Shown here piece by piece: positions 46,801 to 56,253 of a stretch of 64,000 nucleotides of DNA. Source of the stretch: Desulfosudaceae bacterium (lineage in GTDB: Bacteria; Desulfobacterota; Desulfobacteria; Desulfobacterales; Desulfosudaceae); assembly GCA_963674745.2 (NCBI GenBank), contig CAXXDV010000001.1, forward strand, positions 2,176,001 to 2,240,000, written 5' to 3'. The notes beneath the pieces are model-generated. The model had not been told where the DNA came from. It worked only from the letters and a program-made list of their open reading frames with translations, and searched no databases. Every line of letters begins with the position of its first letter. Positions within the stretch are counted from its first letter, which is position 1. Position numbers and translations under genes: made by a program.

Positions 46801-47352
46801 ATGAAAAAACGATCATGCAGCATTATTTTTTTGTCCATTGTCGGTATGATGATTTGTTTTTCGGCCACAGTGCGGGCTGATGATGAAAAGGCCCCCGAGC
46901 GGATAACGGACATGGTGGGTATCTATGGGAAGAAAACGGTTCTTTTCCATATTATCGGGGGGGATAACAATAATTTTACGATCCGGGTTGAAAACATACT
47001 GATGAAATCCCCGAATCCGTTGCGCGGGATTAATGAGGCCTACCTTGACATTGCCACGATTCGTCATGACATGAAAAGATTCAGGGTGACGATTGACGAA
47101 CTGGAGAAGCGCCTCAAGCAATACGATGAGGAACAGGCGGCTTCAGAGCAGCGGAAAACACAAGAACACTTGAAGAAGCAGGAAATCGCCAGACAAAGAG
47201 AACTGGAGAGACGAAAACGATTAATGGAAGAAGCCACCCTGGAAAGCGCATTTGAAGAAGCCATCGGTAAGCCGATTGAGGAGGAAGCAACCTCTCCAGA
47301 GGGAGAAGCTGAAGAAGACGCTGCAGAAGAAACTGAAGCAGAAGCAGAATGA
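46801..47352 (+). CDS. Exported hypothetical protein with coiled coil and acidic tail
   Basis: Signal peptide (VRA-D); charged helix; Glu/Ala-rich C-terminus. Confidence 0.65.
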   Translation: MKKRSCSIIFLSIVGMMICFSATVRADDEKAPERITDMVGIYGKKTVLFHIIGGDNNNFTIRVENILMKSPNPLRGINEAYLDIATIRHDMKRFRVTIDELEKRLKQYDEEQAASEQRKTQEHLKKQEIARQRELERRKRLMEEATLESAFEEAIGKPIEEEATSPEGEAEEDAAEETEAEAE

Positions 47353-47396
47353 TTTATAGATGGTAGGCCAGGGACAATAATCCGGGCCTATGCCCT

Positions 47397-48092
47397 CTAT
47401 TCGTCGAGCAGGAGCGCTTCGATGGCATCACTCTCGGGGCAATCCGGCAACACATAACCGCCGAAAAGCGCCGAACCCACCCAGCGCGCCTCATCACGGA
47501 GCAGCATCTCTCCCAGCTTGAAAGCCACATAGGCGTCGAGGTGATCATCATCCAATCCGGCCTGTTCAGGAAAACCAAGGGCCTGAGCAACAATGGCCGT
47601 TTCACTTTTGCTGCCCTTGTATCGTTTCAAGGGGTGTTTGATCTTTTTGTCAGCCCACCAGACCGCTATGGCTAAAGCCGGATGCACTTCAACTAAACAA
47701 TGACCATTGTTGATGCTGCTCACAAGTTTCAAACGACCCGGCGTAGCGCCGAATGGATAGCCCAATGTATGACAGGTAATTGACCAATGCGGCAGGAGGG
47801 CAAAATGTTCGGAATTGACAGCGTTGTTTTCGACTTGGCCTTTTTCTACCCGGGAAGATATCCATTTGCGGACGCTCTTGTCGATTTTGCGGTCATAAAA
47901 GTCATCGGAATCAAATCCCAGCGGTGCATCCCAGGCAATCAGCACATTTTCGTTCTTTTCCAGCAACTGATAAACCCAGGAGCGAAGTGCCTGGGGGGAG
48001 AGACGATCAAAGCAGTCATCACCGTGACAAATCACCGTATCCTTGGATGGCGCAGGGTCGACACCGACGATGTACCAGTTATTTTCTGTCAT
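47397..48092 (-). CDS. DUF429-like predicted RNase H-fold nuclease
   Basis: VGVD, WDAPLGF, VEVHPALA, DDHLDA. Confidence 0.65.
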   Translation of the reverse strand: MTENNWYIVGVDPAPSKDTVICHGDDCFDRLSPQALRSWVYQLLEKNENVLIAWDAPLGFDSDDFYDRKIDKSVRKWISSRVEKGQVENNAVNSEHFALLPHWSITCHTLGYPFGATPGRLKLVSSINNGHCLVEVHPALAIAVWWADKKIKHPLKRYKGSKSETAIVAQALGFPEQAGLDDDHLDAYVAFKLGEMLLRDEARWVGSALFGGYVLPDCPESDAIEALLLDE

Positions 48093-48514
48093 AAGCCTTC
48101 AGTCGTTGAAAAATTGATTGTTCTAATGAATTTTCCCGTTTAGGGGCCGGGCGCCGTATCAATCGATAAGATCCCCTGATCTTGTCGCTGAGCGGGTGAA
48201 AGTGCCGCTGATTTTTTTATATATAGCTATTTGTAGCGGGGGTGTCAACTAAACACAGCACTAAACACAGCATCAAGAAAACCGGAAAGCAGATGTTTTT
48301 TTTGTGCCGACAAATAATGATATACTCAAAACGATATCATTGATTCGACTGAAATGATGTGATTTGATGTGGTTACCCGGTCGCTGGTTTCGTAAAAAGT
48401 CCAAATGTTTAATCCCGTCACCGGCCGGGTCTCGAAAAAGAAACGCCGTGACTGCTTAACGATCAATACGCCAGGGCAATAAAAGATGAAGCAAATTACC
48501 AAAGAGGGAAGATC

Positions 48515-49603
48515 ATGACCGAAGATATTTATGTCAAGCTGGGTGAGCGGCTGAATCAGAATTTCATGAAGCTGCCGCTGGGGGAGCCGGTACTGGCGTT
48601 TTTGAAAAAAGCCTTTCTGCCTGAGCAGGCGGAGATAGCCGCCAATCTGCCCATGGGCGCGCATCCTCTGGAACACTTGGCAGGCGTGTTGGGGCGTGAC
48701 CCAAACGAGCTGTTTGAGATGCTTGACCGCATGGCGGACAAAGGCCTTGTTTTTATCCACCGGGATGATGCGGGCGTTCATCATTACTCCCTTCCGCCTT
48801 TTTTTCCGGGAATTGTGGAGTTTCAGACCATGCGCGGCACGGAGAGTCCCGAAGACGTGGAAATGGCCGAAACAATCGGGCGCATGCTTAATTATCTGGA
48901 CGAGGTGGGCGAGGACCTGTTCAAGAACCCGGAAGTGGCCAACAAGGTGCTGCCCGCAGGTCTGCGGACCCTGACCGTGGAAAAAGAACTCCCCCCGGAT
49001 ACGACCGTTATGCCCTTTGAACAGGTCAGCGCCATTGTCCGGCAGGAAGCCTCTTTCGCAGTGGTTTACTGCCATTGCCGGCACCAGGCAAAATTGACCG
49101 GTAACCCCTGCCGGGTTGAAAACGTTCCCGAACGGACCTGTTTTTATTTCGGCCAGGTGGCCGATTTCATGATCGAGCGGGGATTTGCCCGACGGGTGTC
49201 AAAGGAGGCGTGTCTTGAAATTTTAAAACAGTGTGAAGCCGCCGGGCTGGTTCATAATATCAACAATTACCTCGGCCGTTCCCTGGTGCTCTGTAACTGC
49301 TGCAGCTGCTGCTGTGATTTTCTGGCCCGCATGAAAAAATACCGCGGGCTGCAAAGTGTGGCCCCGTCCAATTTCATTGTCAGCCTGGACCCGGAAAACT
49401 GTACCGGCTGCGGCACCTGTGTTGAGCGTTGCCAGATGGAGGCCCTGACCCTGGTTGATGACAAGGTGTCTTTAACGGAAAGCTACTGTATCGGCTGCGG
49501 CAACTGCGTGTCCGTCTGCCCGACCGAAACCCTTAAAATGGTGCGGCATTCCGACGCCCGCCCGGTTGAACTGAAATTTGATTTCCCCGGACTGGGGCTT
49601 TAA
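48515..49603 (+). CDS. 4Fe-4S dicluster-binding protein with N-terminal winged-helix-like region
   Basis: CHCR, GLVH, CNCCSCCC, CTGCGTCVERC, CIGCGNCVSVCP. Confidence 0.85.
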   Translation: MTEDIYVKLGERLNQNFMKLPLGEPVLAFLKKAFLPEQAEIAANLPMGAHPLEHLAGVLGRDPNELFEMLDRMADKGLVFIHRDDAGVHHYSLPPFFPGIVEFQTMRGTESPEDVEMAETIGRMLNYLDEVGEDLFKNPEVANKVLPAGLRTLTVEKELPPDTTVMPFEQVSAIVRQEASFAVVYCHCRHQAKLTGNPCRVENVPERTCFYFGQVADFMIERGFARRVSKEACLEILKQCEAAGLVHNINNYLGRSLVLCNCCSCCCDFLARMKKYRGLQSVAPSNFIVSLDPENCTGCGTCVERCQMEALTLVDDKVSLTESYCIGCGNCVSVCPTETLKMVRHSDARPVELKFDFPGLGL

Positions 49604-49610
49604 TACAATA

Positions 49611-49752
49611 GGGTATCTCTAAAAATTAGAATTTTGGTTCGAGGTCAAGGCGTGCGAGAATTTTAACCGGAGGAATACATAGACGTATTTCGAGGATTAA
49701 AATTTGAGCACAACGCCGACATCGGGCCAAAAGGCAATTTTTAGCGGTGCCC
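49611..49752. mobile_element. MITE-like non-autonomous element (142 bp) with terminal inverted repeats
   Basis: GGGTATCTCTAAAAATT ... AATTTTTAGCGGTGCCC; nested internal palindromes; no ORF. Confidence 0.7.
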
Positions 49753-49773
49753 AATATTCAAAACAACCTGTTT

Positions 49774-50877
49774 TCAGCGCAGGCGTTTTTGGGCGGCGTT
49801 TATGCGTTGAAGGATCAGGCTCTCAAACCGGTCGGCCTGGTCCTTGAATGTGATGCCGGCATCGAGCACGGCAAAGTCGCAACTTAATTCCGGCAGGCGC
49901 TGTTCGCTGAACTTGACGTAATCCTTTCCGCTGGTCACCATTAGCTCTGCCGCGCTTTTTCGTGCCGCCCGGAAGATCTCGGACAAGTCGGCGGCGGTAT
50001 AGTCATGATGGTCCCGGAAGAACCGGTGCCCCGCAATTTCAACCCCCTTTTGCCGGAGACTGTTCAGAAACGAGGGGTTGTCGGCCAGGCCGCTGAAAAC
50101 AAAAGCGCGCCGGTTGGCCAGGGCCTCGATACCCGGTATGGATCCTTCCGTTGGTGAGACCGTGCCAAAGGCAATCCAGTGCGTAATCACCGGTGTGTGG
50201 CAGGCGTAAAAGGCCGGTTTGTCCTGAATCCAGGTTTTCAGTCTTCGGGGATGCGGCGCGTCGGGATTGTCGGACCGGGTGAACACGATGATGTCTGCCA
50301 GCCTGATGGTCGCCAATGGCTCCCTGAGCGGACCGGCCGGCAGCAGGAGGCGGTTTCCCAGCGGCCGGACGTTGTCCAGCAGCACGATATCAATGTCCCG
50401 GGCCAGCTGAAAATGCTGGAACCCGTCATCCAGCAGGACCACGTCCGGGGAAAACCGTTGGATGGCCTGCATGGCGATGTCGTATCTTTTTCGTCCCACG
50501 GCCACGGGAACGTTGGCCAGCCGGCGGGCCATAAGCAACGGTTCATCGCCCGAGCGATCAGCCGCCATGAGGATGTCCCGCCCGTTGCTTACCAGGCCGC
50601 CTTGGGCGGAGGCGCTGCCCCGGTAGCCCCGGCTGACGATCAGCGGGGTCATTCCCGCTTGCTGCAGTCGCCTGGCCAGGTAAATGGTCATGGGCGTTTT
50701 GCCGGTACCGCCGGTGGTCAAATTACCGATGGAAATCGTCGGGCAGGGCAATCGTTTTGTTTTAAGGATATTGGCGGTATACAGCTTTCTCCGTAAAAAG
50801 GCGGCCGGGCCGTATAGCCAGGAGGCGGGAAGAAGGGCGGCCGTCGTCGGGTTTGATCTGTTGTTCATGGTCTTCAT
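49774..50877 (-). CDS. lpxK: Tetraacyldisaccharide 4'-kinase
   Basis: IGNLTTGGTGKTP, SRGYR, GDEPLL, LDDGFQH, LLPAGPLREP, FRDHH. Confidence 0.95.
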   Translation of the reverse strand: MKTMNNRSNPTTAALLPASWLYGPAAFLRRKLYTANILKTKRLPCPTISIGNLTTGGTGKTPMTIYLARRLQQAGMTPLIVSRGYRGSASAQGGLVSNGRDILMAADRSGDEPLLMARRLANVPVAVGRKRYDIAMQAIQRFSPDVVLLDDGFQHFQLARDIDIVLLDNVRPLGNRLLLPAGPLREPLATIRLADIIVFTRSDNPDAPHPRRLKTWIQDKPAFYACHTPVITHWIAFGTVSPTEGSIPGIEALANRRAFVFSGLADNPSFLNSLRQKGVEIAGHRFFRDHHDYTAADLSEIFRAARKSAAELMVTSGKDYVKFSEQRLPELSCDFAVLDAGITFKDQADRFESLILQRINAAQKRLR

Positions 50878-50901
50878 GTTTTGTTGCCGCTAAGGCGAAA
50901 A

Positions 50902-51978
50902 TTATCCGAACCTTACCAGTACCCCCCAGGCCACGAAAAGAAGCACGATATTGGCCGACCAGGCGGCGATAATGGGCGGCAGAACCCCGCTATACCCCAG
51001 AGAAATAGAAAACCCGTAGAGCATCATGTAAGCGAAAGAAATACCGATGCCGTAAGTGATGGTAGCGGCCATTCCGCCCAGGGTCCTGCCGGACGCGCCC
51101 AGCCCGGTGCCCAGCAGGCTCATCAGCAGGCAGATAAAGGGAAAGGCGATTTTGGCGTGCAGGTCCACCTGGAATGAAGCTGTGCTGTAACCTTCTCCGG
51201 CAACCTTTTTGATATGACGAAGCAGCTCGAAGAACCCCATTTCTTCCGCGCTTTTTACCGCCCGGCCCAGGTCTTCCGGGCTGATATCGATTTCAATCGT
51301 CTGGCGCCATTTGGCCGATGCCTGTTGCAGATCACCGTTTTTGTCAAAGCGGTTGTCCATGACACCGGTTAAATGCCATTTTGATTCCGAATAAACCGCC
51401 CTGCGCGCATCGACGCGTCGCACCAGGCGGAAGGTATCGTCAAAAAAATTAAGGGTTACGCCAAAGGCGGAGACCTTTTCCGGATTGTACCAGTTAATAT
51501 GCATGATGACGCGGCTGTCTTTTATCCATATGTCGTTTCGTTTGATTTTGGTCGAAGCCTTGTGCCGGACTTTTTTCAGCCAGATGAAGTTGGCCTGGCT
51601 GATGGTGACCGGGACAACCATCTCCGATAAAATAAACAGCAACAGGCAGAAACCGGCACCGGTTACCATTGCGGGCTTCAGCAGGGCGCCGGCGCCCAGA
51701 CCGCTGCTTTTCAAAGCAATGATTTCATTGTGCCGCTTCATCAGCCCGAAAACGATCAGGGTCGCGATCAGGGCCGCGGCGGGGGTAATCTGGACCACCA
51801 CCAGCGGTATCTTGAGCAGAAAAAAAGTCAGAAATTCAGAAAGGGGCAGGCCGGATTCCAGGACTTTATCAATCTTGCCCAGAAAGTCGATGGCAATATA
51901 GACCACAACGACTACCGTCGCGATAACGGCGAATTGTTTCAGGATTTCTTTGAAAATGTATTTAAACAGTATGGACAT
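50902..51978 (-). CDS. lptG: LPS export ABC transporter permease LptG
   Basis: YjgP/YjgQ family: NEIIALKSSG, HAKIAFPF, LPPIIAAW; second of the pair. Confidence 0.85.
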   Translation of the reverse strand: MSILFKYIFKEILKQFAVIATVVVVVYIAIDFLGKIDKVLESGLPLSEFLTFFLLKIPLVVVQITPAAALIATLIVFGLMKRHNEIIALKSSGLGAGALLKPAMVTGAGFCLLLFILSEMVVPVTISQANFIWLKKVRHKASTKIKRNDIWIKDSRVIMHINWYNPEKVSAFGVTLNFFDDTFRLVRRVDARRAVYSESKWHLTGVMDNRFDKNGDLQQASAKWRQTIEIDISPEDLGRAVKSAEEMGFFELLRHIKKVAGEGYSTASFQVDLHAKIAFPFICLLMSLLGTGLGASGRTLGGMAATITYGIGISFAYMMLYGFSISLGYSGVLPPIIAAWSANIVLLFVAWGVLVRFG

Positions 51979-52002
51979 TGCCCTAAGAACCCTTTCGGTC
52001 GG

Positions 52003-53151
52003 TTAATGCAGACGTCTGAAGGCACGGTTCAGTTCATCAGAAACGGTACGGTCACTGGCGGAAAGGAACATCAGGTAGACCGCCAGGCCGGTCATAACGA
52101 TATCCGGCATCCACATGCCCAAAGCCGGCGTCAGCGTTCCTTTTTCAGCCAGTATTTCGCCTGCGGACAACAGGAGATAGTATGCCAGAAAACAGATCAG
52201 CGCCAGGCCGACGCCCGATGATTTCCTGCTGGCCCGGGCCTGCAGCCCCAGCGGCACCGCCAGCAGGCCCAGCGCGATACAGGCAAAAGGGATGGAAAAT
52301 TTTCTATAGTATTCCAGTTGGACATCAAAGTAGTCTTTGTGCCGGGGGGCCTCGTTTTTAATAAATTCTCGCAGTTCATTAATGGTCATGGCTCTTTCAT
52401 CTACACGATGGGCCCTTCGTGAGGCCGGCTGCTGCAGGTCGAGGTTGACCGCATACTGTTTAAAACGGACACTCTGGAACGTCTTTTTTTCCGCATTGGC
52501 CTGGTTGATAATGCCGTATGAAAGATTAAGCCGAAAAATTTTGGTGTCCGTATCAAAGAAAAATTTTCCGGAAGGTGCGCAGATGGTTACGGCCTTGCCG
52601 GCGGTCTGTCGATCTTCTATGAAAATGTCGGACAGCGTATTGGTTTTTTTATTCAACTGGCCGATATAGAGCGTAATGTTGTTGAAGCTGTTGATGAATT
52701 CCTGTTCTTTTAAGCCCATGGCGGGACTTGAGGTAATGGTTTGATATGTAAGGGTCTCCATCGCGGTTTTTCCCCTGGGCATGAACCAGACAGACACCAT
52801 GGCCGTCAGCAGAGCTGTTACCAGGCAGAAAAACATGGTGGGATAAAGCAGGCGATAGATACTGATGCCGCTGGATTTTATGGCAGTGATCTCATTGTCG
52901 CCGGAAACCCTCAAGAGGGCCAGCAAAACGGCGATCATGGTGGATATGGGAATGACATATCCGAGAAAATGCGGCATGGAGTAAAGCAGCAACAGCAGGA
53001 CCGGCGTGATAGCGATGTTGTAGTTGACGATGAAATCAATAATATCAAGTAGTTCGTGGGTCATAAAGACGGATGTGAAAAAAATGATACTGGTCGCAAA
53101 ATAGGGTAAAAACTGTCTGAAAATATATCTGTCCAGTGCGGTCGGTTTCAT
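52003..53151 (-). CDS. lptF: LPS export ABC transporter permease LptF
   Basis: LDRYIF, DNEITAIKSSGIS, RKFSIPFAC, AVPLG. Confidence 0.85.
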   Translation of the reverse strand: MKPTALDRYIFRQFLPYFATSIIFFTSVFMTHELLDIIDFIVNYNIAITPVLLLLLYSMPHFLGYVIPISTMIAVLLALLRVSGDNEITAIKSSGISIYRLLYPTMFFCLVTALLTAMVSVWFMPRGKTAMETLTYQTITSSPAMGLKEQEFINSFNNITLYIGQLNKKTNTLSDIFIEDRQTAGKAVTICAPSGKFFFDTDTKIFRLNLSYGIINQANAEKKTFQSVRFKQYAVNLDLQQPASRRAHRVDERAMTINELREFIKNEAPRHKDYFDVQLEYYRKFSIPFACIALGLLAVPLGLQARASRKSSGVGLALICFLAYYLLLSAGEILAEKGTLTPALGMWMPDIVMTGLAVYLMFLSASDRTVSDELNRAFRRLH

Positions 53152-53163
53152 GTGAGATCCGGA

Positions 53164-54309
53164 TTAAAGCGTTTTGCCTTTGGCGCTTCTGGTAAAAATA
53201 GCAAAAAGAGCGGTTCCGAACAACATTATAATCCCGGCCAGAGGAAACGCCTGCCGGAGAGAAAGAAAATCCATGGCCAGGCCCGCGACCGAAGCGCCGA
53301 AAAACATACCCATACTGTGGGCCATGGTCAGCATGGACATGATCGTGCCCATGGCTTTAGCATCATCCCCCTTGATGACGGCCATGGCCATGAGTGGCGG
53401 CATGGCAATGCCGCCGCCGATACCGAAAGCCACACTGGCGGAAAACAGTGCCCAGAAGCTTTCCGCCCAGTGAAAGGAGAAAATGGCGGCGGTGACGATA
53501 ACGCCACCGATGATCGCCATTCTTTTCTTGTTTGACCTGTCGGCCAGCATGCCCATGGGGACCTGCAAAACGCCGCTGATAAAAATACCCAGCATCACCA
53601 GAATTCCCGTCCGGGTGCTGGACAGGCCGCTATCTGTTGCCAGTACGGGCAGGAAACACCAGAGGGTACCGATACAGAAAACATAAACAAACCGAAGAAT
53701 CAGAAGGCCTGACAAAAACCGGTCTTTTAACAGCTCCGACCAGGGAATCCGGATGACGGCACGGCCGACAGCCGCCTCTTCTTTTATGGGCGGCAGGCAG
53801 AAAAAGCTGAGCAGAAAACCGGTAAACGACAGAATGCCCATAACGATGAAGGCCGCGTCTATACCACAGGAATCGTTTAGAAAGCCGCCCATGATAGGGC
53901 CGATGCTGAGACTGCCGAAAACCGACAGGTTGAACAGCCCCATGGTAAAGCCTTCACTGTCTTTGGGCGTTATCTCACCGATATAGGCCTGGGCGACCGG
54001 CATGATCATGGCCGAGGCGATCCCCTGAAAAAACCGGGCCGTAATAAGCCCCGAGATGGTATCGGAAAAAATAAAGGCAATGGAGACAATGGCGTACCCC
54101 AGAAGGCCGGCTGTAATATAGGGTTTTCTACCGGTTTTGTCGGAAAGAGACCCGAATACCGGCAGCAAAACGGTTCTGGATAGAGAAAATACGGAAAAGA
54201 CGAAACCGATATAAAGGCCGCTGGCCCCGAGGCTCTCGGCGTATACCGGAAGCAGGGGGACGACGATGCCCACTCCCATTACAGCGCTGAAAATGGAAAA
54301 AAAGAGCAC
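53164..54309 (-). CDS. MFS transporter (start may lie slightly upstream)
   Basis: GSLSDKTGRK motif A, ARFFQG, about 12 TM. Confidence 0.9.
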   Translation of the reverse strand: MLFFSIFSAVMGVGIVVPLLPVYAESLGASGLYIGFVFSVFSLSRTVLLPVFGSLSDKTGRKPYITAGLLGYAIVSIAFIFSDTISGLITARFFQGIASAMIMPVAQAYIGEITPKDSEGFTMGLFNLSVFGSLSIGPIMGGFLNDSCGIDAAFIVMGILSFTGFLLSFFCLPPIKEEAAVGRAVIRIPWSELLKDRFLSGLLILRFVYVFCIGTLWCFLPVLATDSGLSSTRTGILVMLGIFISGVLQVPMGMLADRSNKKRMAIIGGVIVTAAIFSFHWAESFWALFSASVAFGIGGGIAMPPLMAMAVIKGDDAKAMGTIMSMLTMAHSMGMFFGASVAGLAMDFLSLRQAFPLAGIIMLFGTALFAIFTRSAKGKTL

Positions 54310-54344
54310 TGAAAATATTTTTTTATCCAGCTGTTTAATGTGTA

Positions 54345-54722
54345 TTATTCCTTAACGGCGATGCATTCTATTTCCACCAGCGCGCCGAGGGGCAGGGCCG
54401 CTACCTGAACGGTAGACCTTGCGGGTTTGTGCGGGTCAAGAAAGTCGGCATAAATTTGGTTGAAAACACCAAAATCATTTATATCAGTCAGAAAAACCGT
54501 GGTTTTAACGATGTCCTCAAGCCTGAACCCGGCAGCTTCCAGAACGGCCGCCATGTTGCTCAGCAATTGGCGGGTCTGGCGTTGTAAGTCGTCTCCGGCC
54601 AGTTTTCCGGTTTCCGGAATAAGCCCGATTTGACCGGAACAGTACAGGGTATCCCCGGTTTTTATCGCCTGTGAATACGGGCCGACGGCAGCCGGCGCTT
54701 TATCGGTTGAGATGGGTTCCAT
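54345..54722 (-). CDS. ridA: RidA (YjgF/YER057c/UK114) family imine deaminase
   Basis: APAAVGPYSQA, SGQI, KTTVFL, PARSTVQVAALP.GALVEIE. Confidence 0.92.
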   Translation of the reverse strand: MEPISTDKAPAAVGPYSQAIKTGDTLYCSGQIGLIPETGKLAGDDLQRQTRQLLSNMAAVLEAAGFRLEDIVKTTVFLTDINDFGVFNQIYADFLDPHKPARSTVQVAALPLGALVEIECIAVKE

Positions 54723-54726
54723 ATGG

Positions 54727-56077
54727 CTATACGTTTTTGTGCTTTTCAACCACGTTTTCCACCAGTGACCGGATTTGGGCCAGCCGCGCTTCGGTCATGG
54801 CTTCAAATCGTAACACCAGGGCGGGCTGCGTGTTTGAAGCACGCACCAACCCCCACCCGTCATCGAAAAGGACCCTGACGCCGTCAATGTCAACGACATT
54901 GTATTCTTTTTTAAAATAAGCGGTTACCCGGGCCACCAGGTCGAATTTTTCTTCGTCCGGGCATTCTACCCGAATTTCCGGCGTGGTAAAGGTTTGGGGA
55001 ATATCGGTCAGCAGGCCGGATAATGATTTGCCCGATGCGGCCATCAGTTCCAGCAGCCGGCAGGAGGCATAAACAGCGTCGTCATATCCCAGATAGCGGT
55101 CGGCAAAGAATATATGCCCGCTCATTTCACCGGCCAGGGCCGCATTTTCCTGTTTCATTTTGGTTTTGATCAACGAATGGCCGGTTTTCCACATGATGGC
55201 CCTGCCGCCGTGTTTTTCAATGTCGTCATACATTACTTTGGAACATTTGACCTCTGATATAAATGTTGCCCCGGGTTTGCGGGTCAGAATTTCCCGGGCG
55301 AACAGGATGATGAGCTTGTCGCCGTAGACAATTTTGCCGGTTTCGTCCACCACGCCGATGCGATCACCGTCGCCATCATATCCGATGCCGAGATCAAGCC
55401 CCTTTTCCCTAACCAGGGCGATCAGGTCGGTCATGTTGTCCAGGACGGTGGGGTCGGCTTCGTGGTTGGGAAAACGACCATCCATGTCACAAAACAGGTC
55501 GTGAACCTCGCATCCCAGATTCCGTAAAATGGGGACGGCCACCACCCCGGCGGTCCCCGTTGCCGGCATCAACGCCCACCTTTAAGGATCCGGCCAGGGA
55601 AATATTGCTTTCAACAAAGGCTTTGTAAGGCGTTACGGCGTCCGCCTGTGACAGCTCCCCCTGACCTTCCCGGAAAGCCTGGCTGGTAATGATGTCCCGT
55701 ATTTTCAGGATTTCTTTTCCAAAAATCGAGTCCATATCCAGGCAGAGTTTAAAACCGTTGTATTCCGGCGGGTTGTGGCTGGCGGTAACCATAACGCCGC
55801 CGCCGGTTGATAAATGGTTGATGGCAAAGTAAAAAACCGGTGTCGGGCAGACGCCGATATCTACCACATCGCATCCGGAATCAAGCAGGCCCTGGATGAC
55901 TTGCTGAGAATAAGTGGTTGACGTCAGTCGACAATCCCGGCCCACCGCCGCAAAAGAACGGCCATGGTCCTGCAGGTAAGTGCCGATGGCTTTGCCCAGC
56001 AGCAGGACCTCGGCTTCATTAAAGTCTTCGCCCGCAACACCCCTGATATCATATTCCCTGAAAATTTTGGGATCCAT
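54727..56077 (-). CDS. Phosphomannomutase/phosphoglucomutase, split by a +1 frameshift at 55555-55558
   Basis: IFREYDIRG, TASHNP, DGDGDR, GEMSGH, RASNT; removing one base from the G4 run restores DAGNGTAG. Confidence 0.9.
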
Positions 56078-56253
56078 CTTGTTCTCTCCTTGTGATCATT
56101 TACCAAAGATTATCCTGTTCCGGTGTAAAATGCAAGATGAGCCAAGCCGTTTGTATTGTTCTTGAAACATATGCGTTTTCTGTGATAAATATTGGTTAGG
56201 CTTAAATGACCGGCAGGAAAATGAATCAACTCTGATAATCATGGGCAATCGCT

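Noticed and set aside
48326..49084. 252-aa minus-strand ORF
   Set aside because: Antisense to the well-supported Fe-S protein
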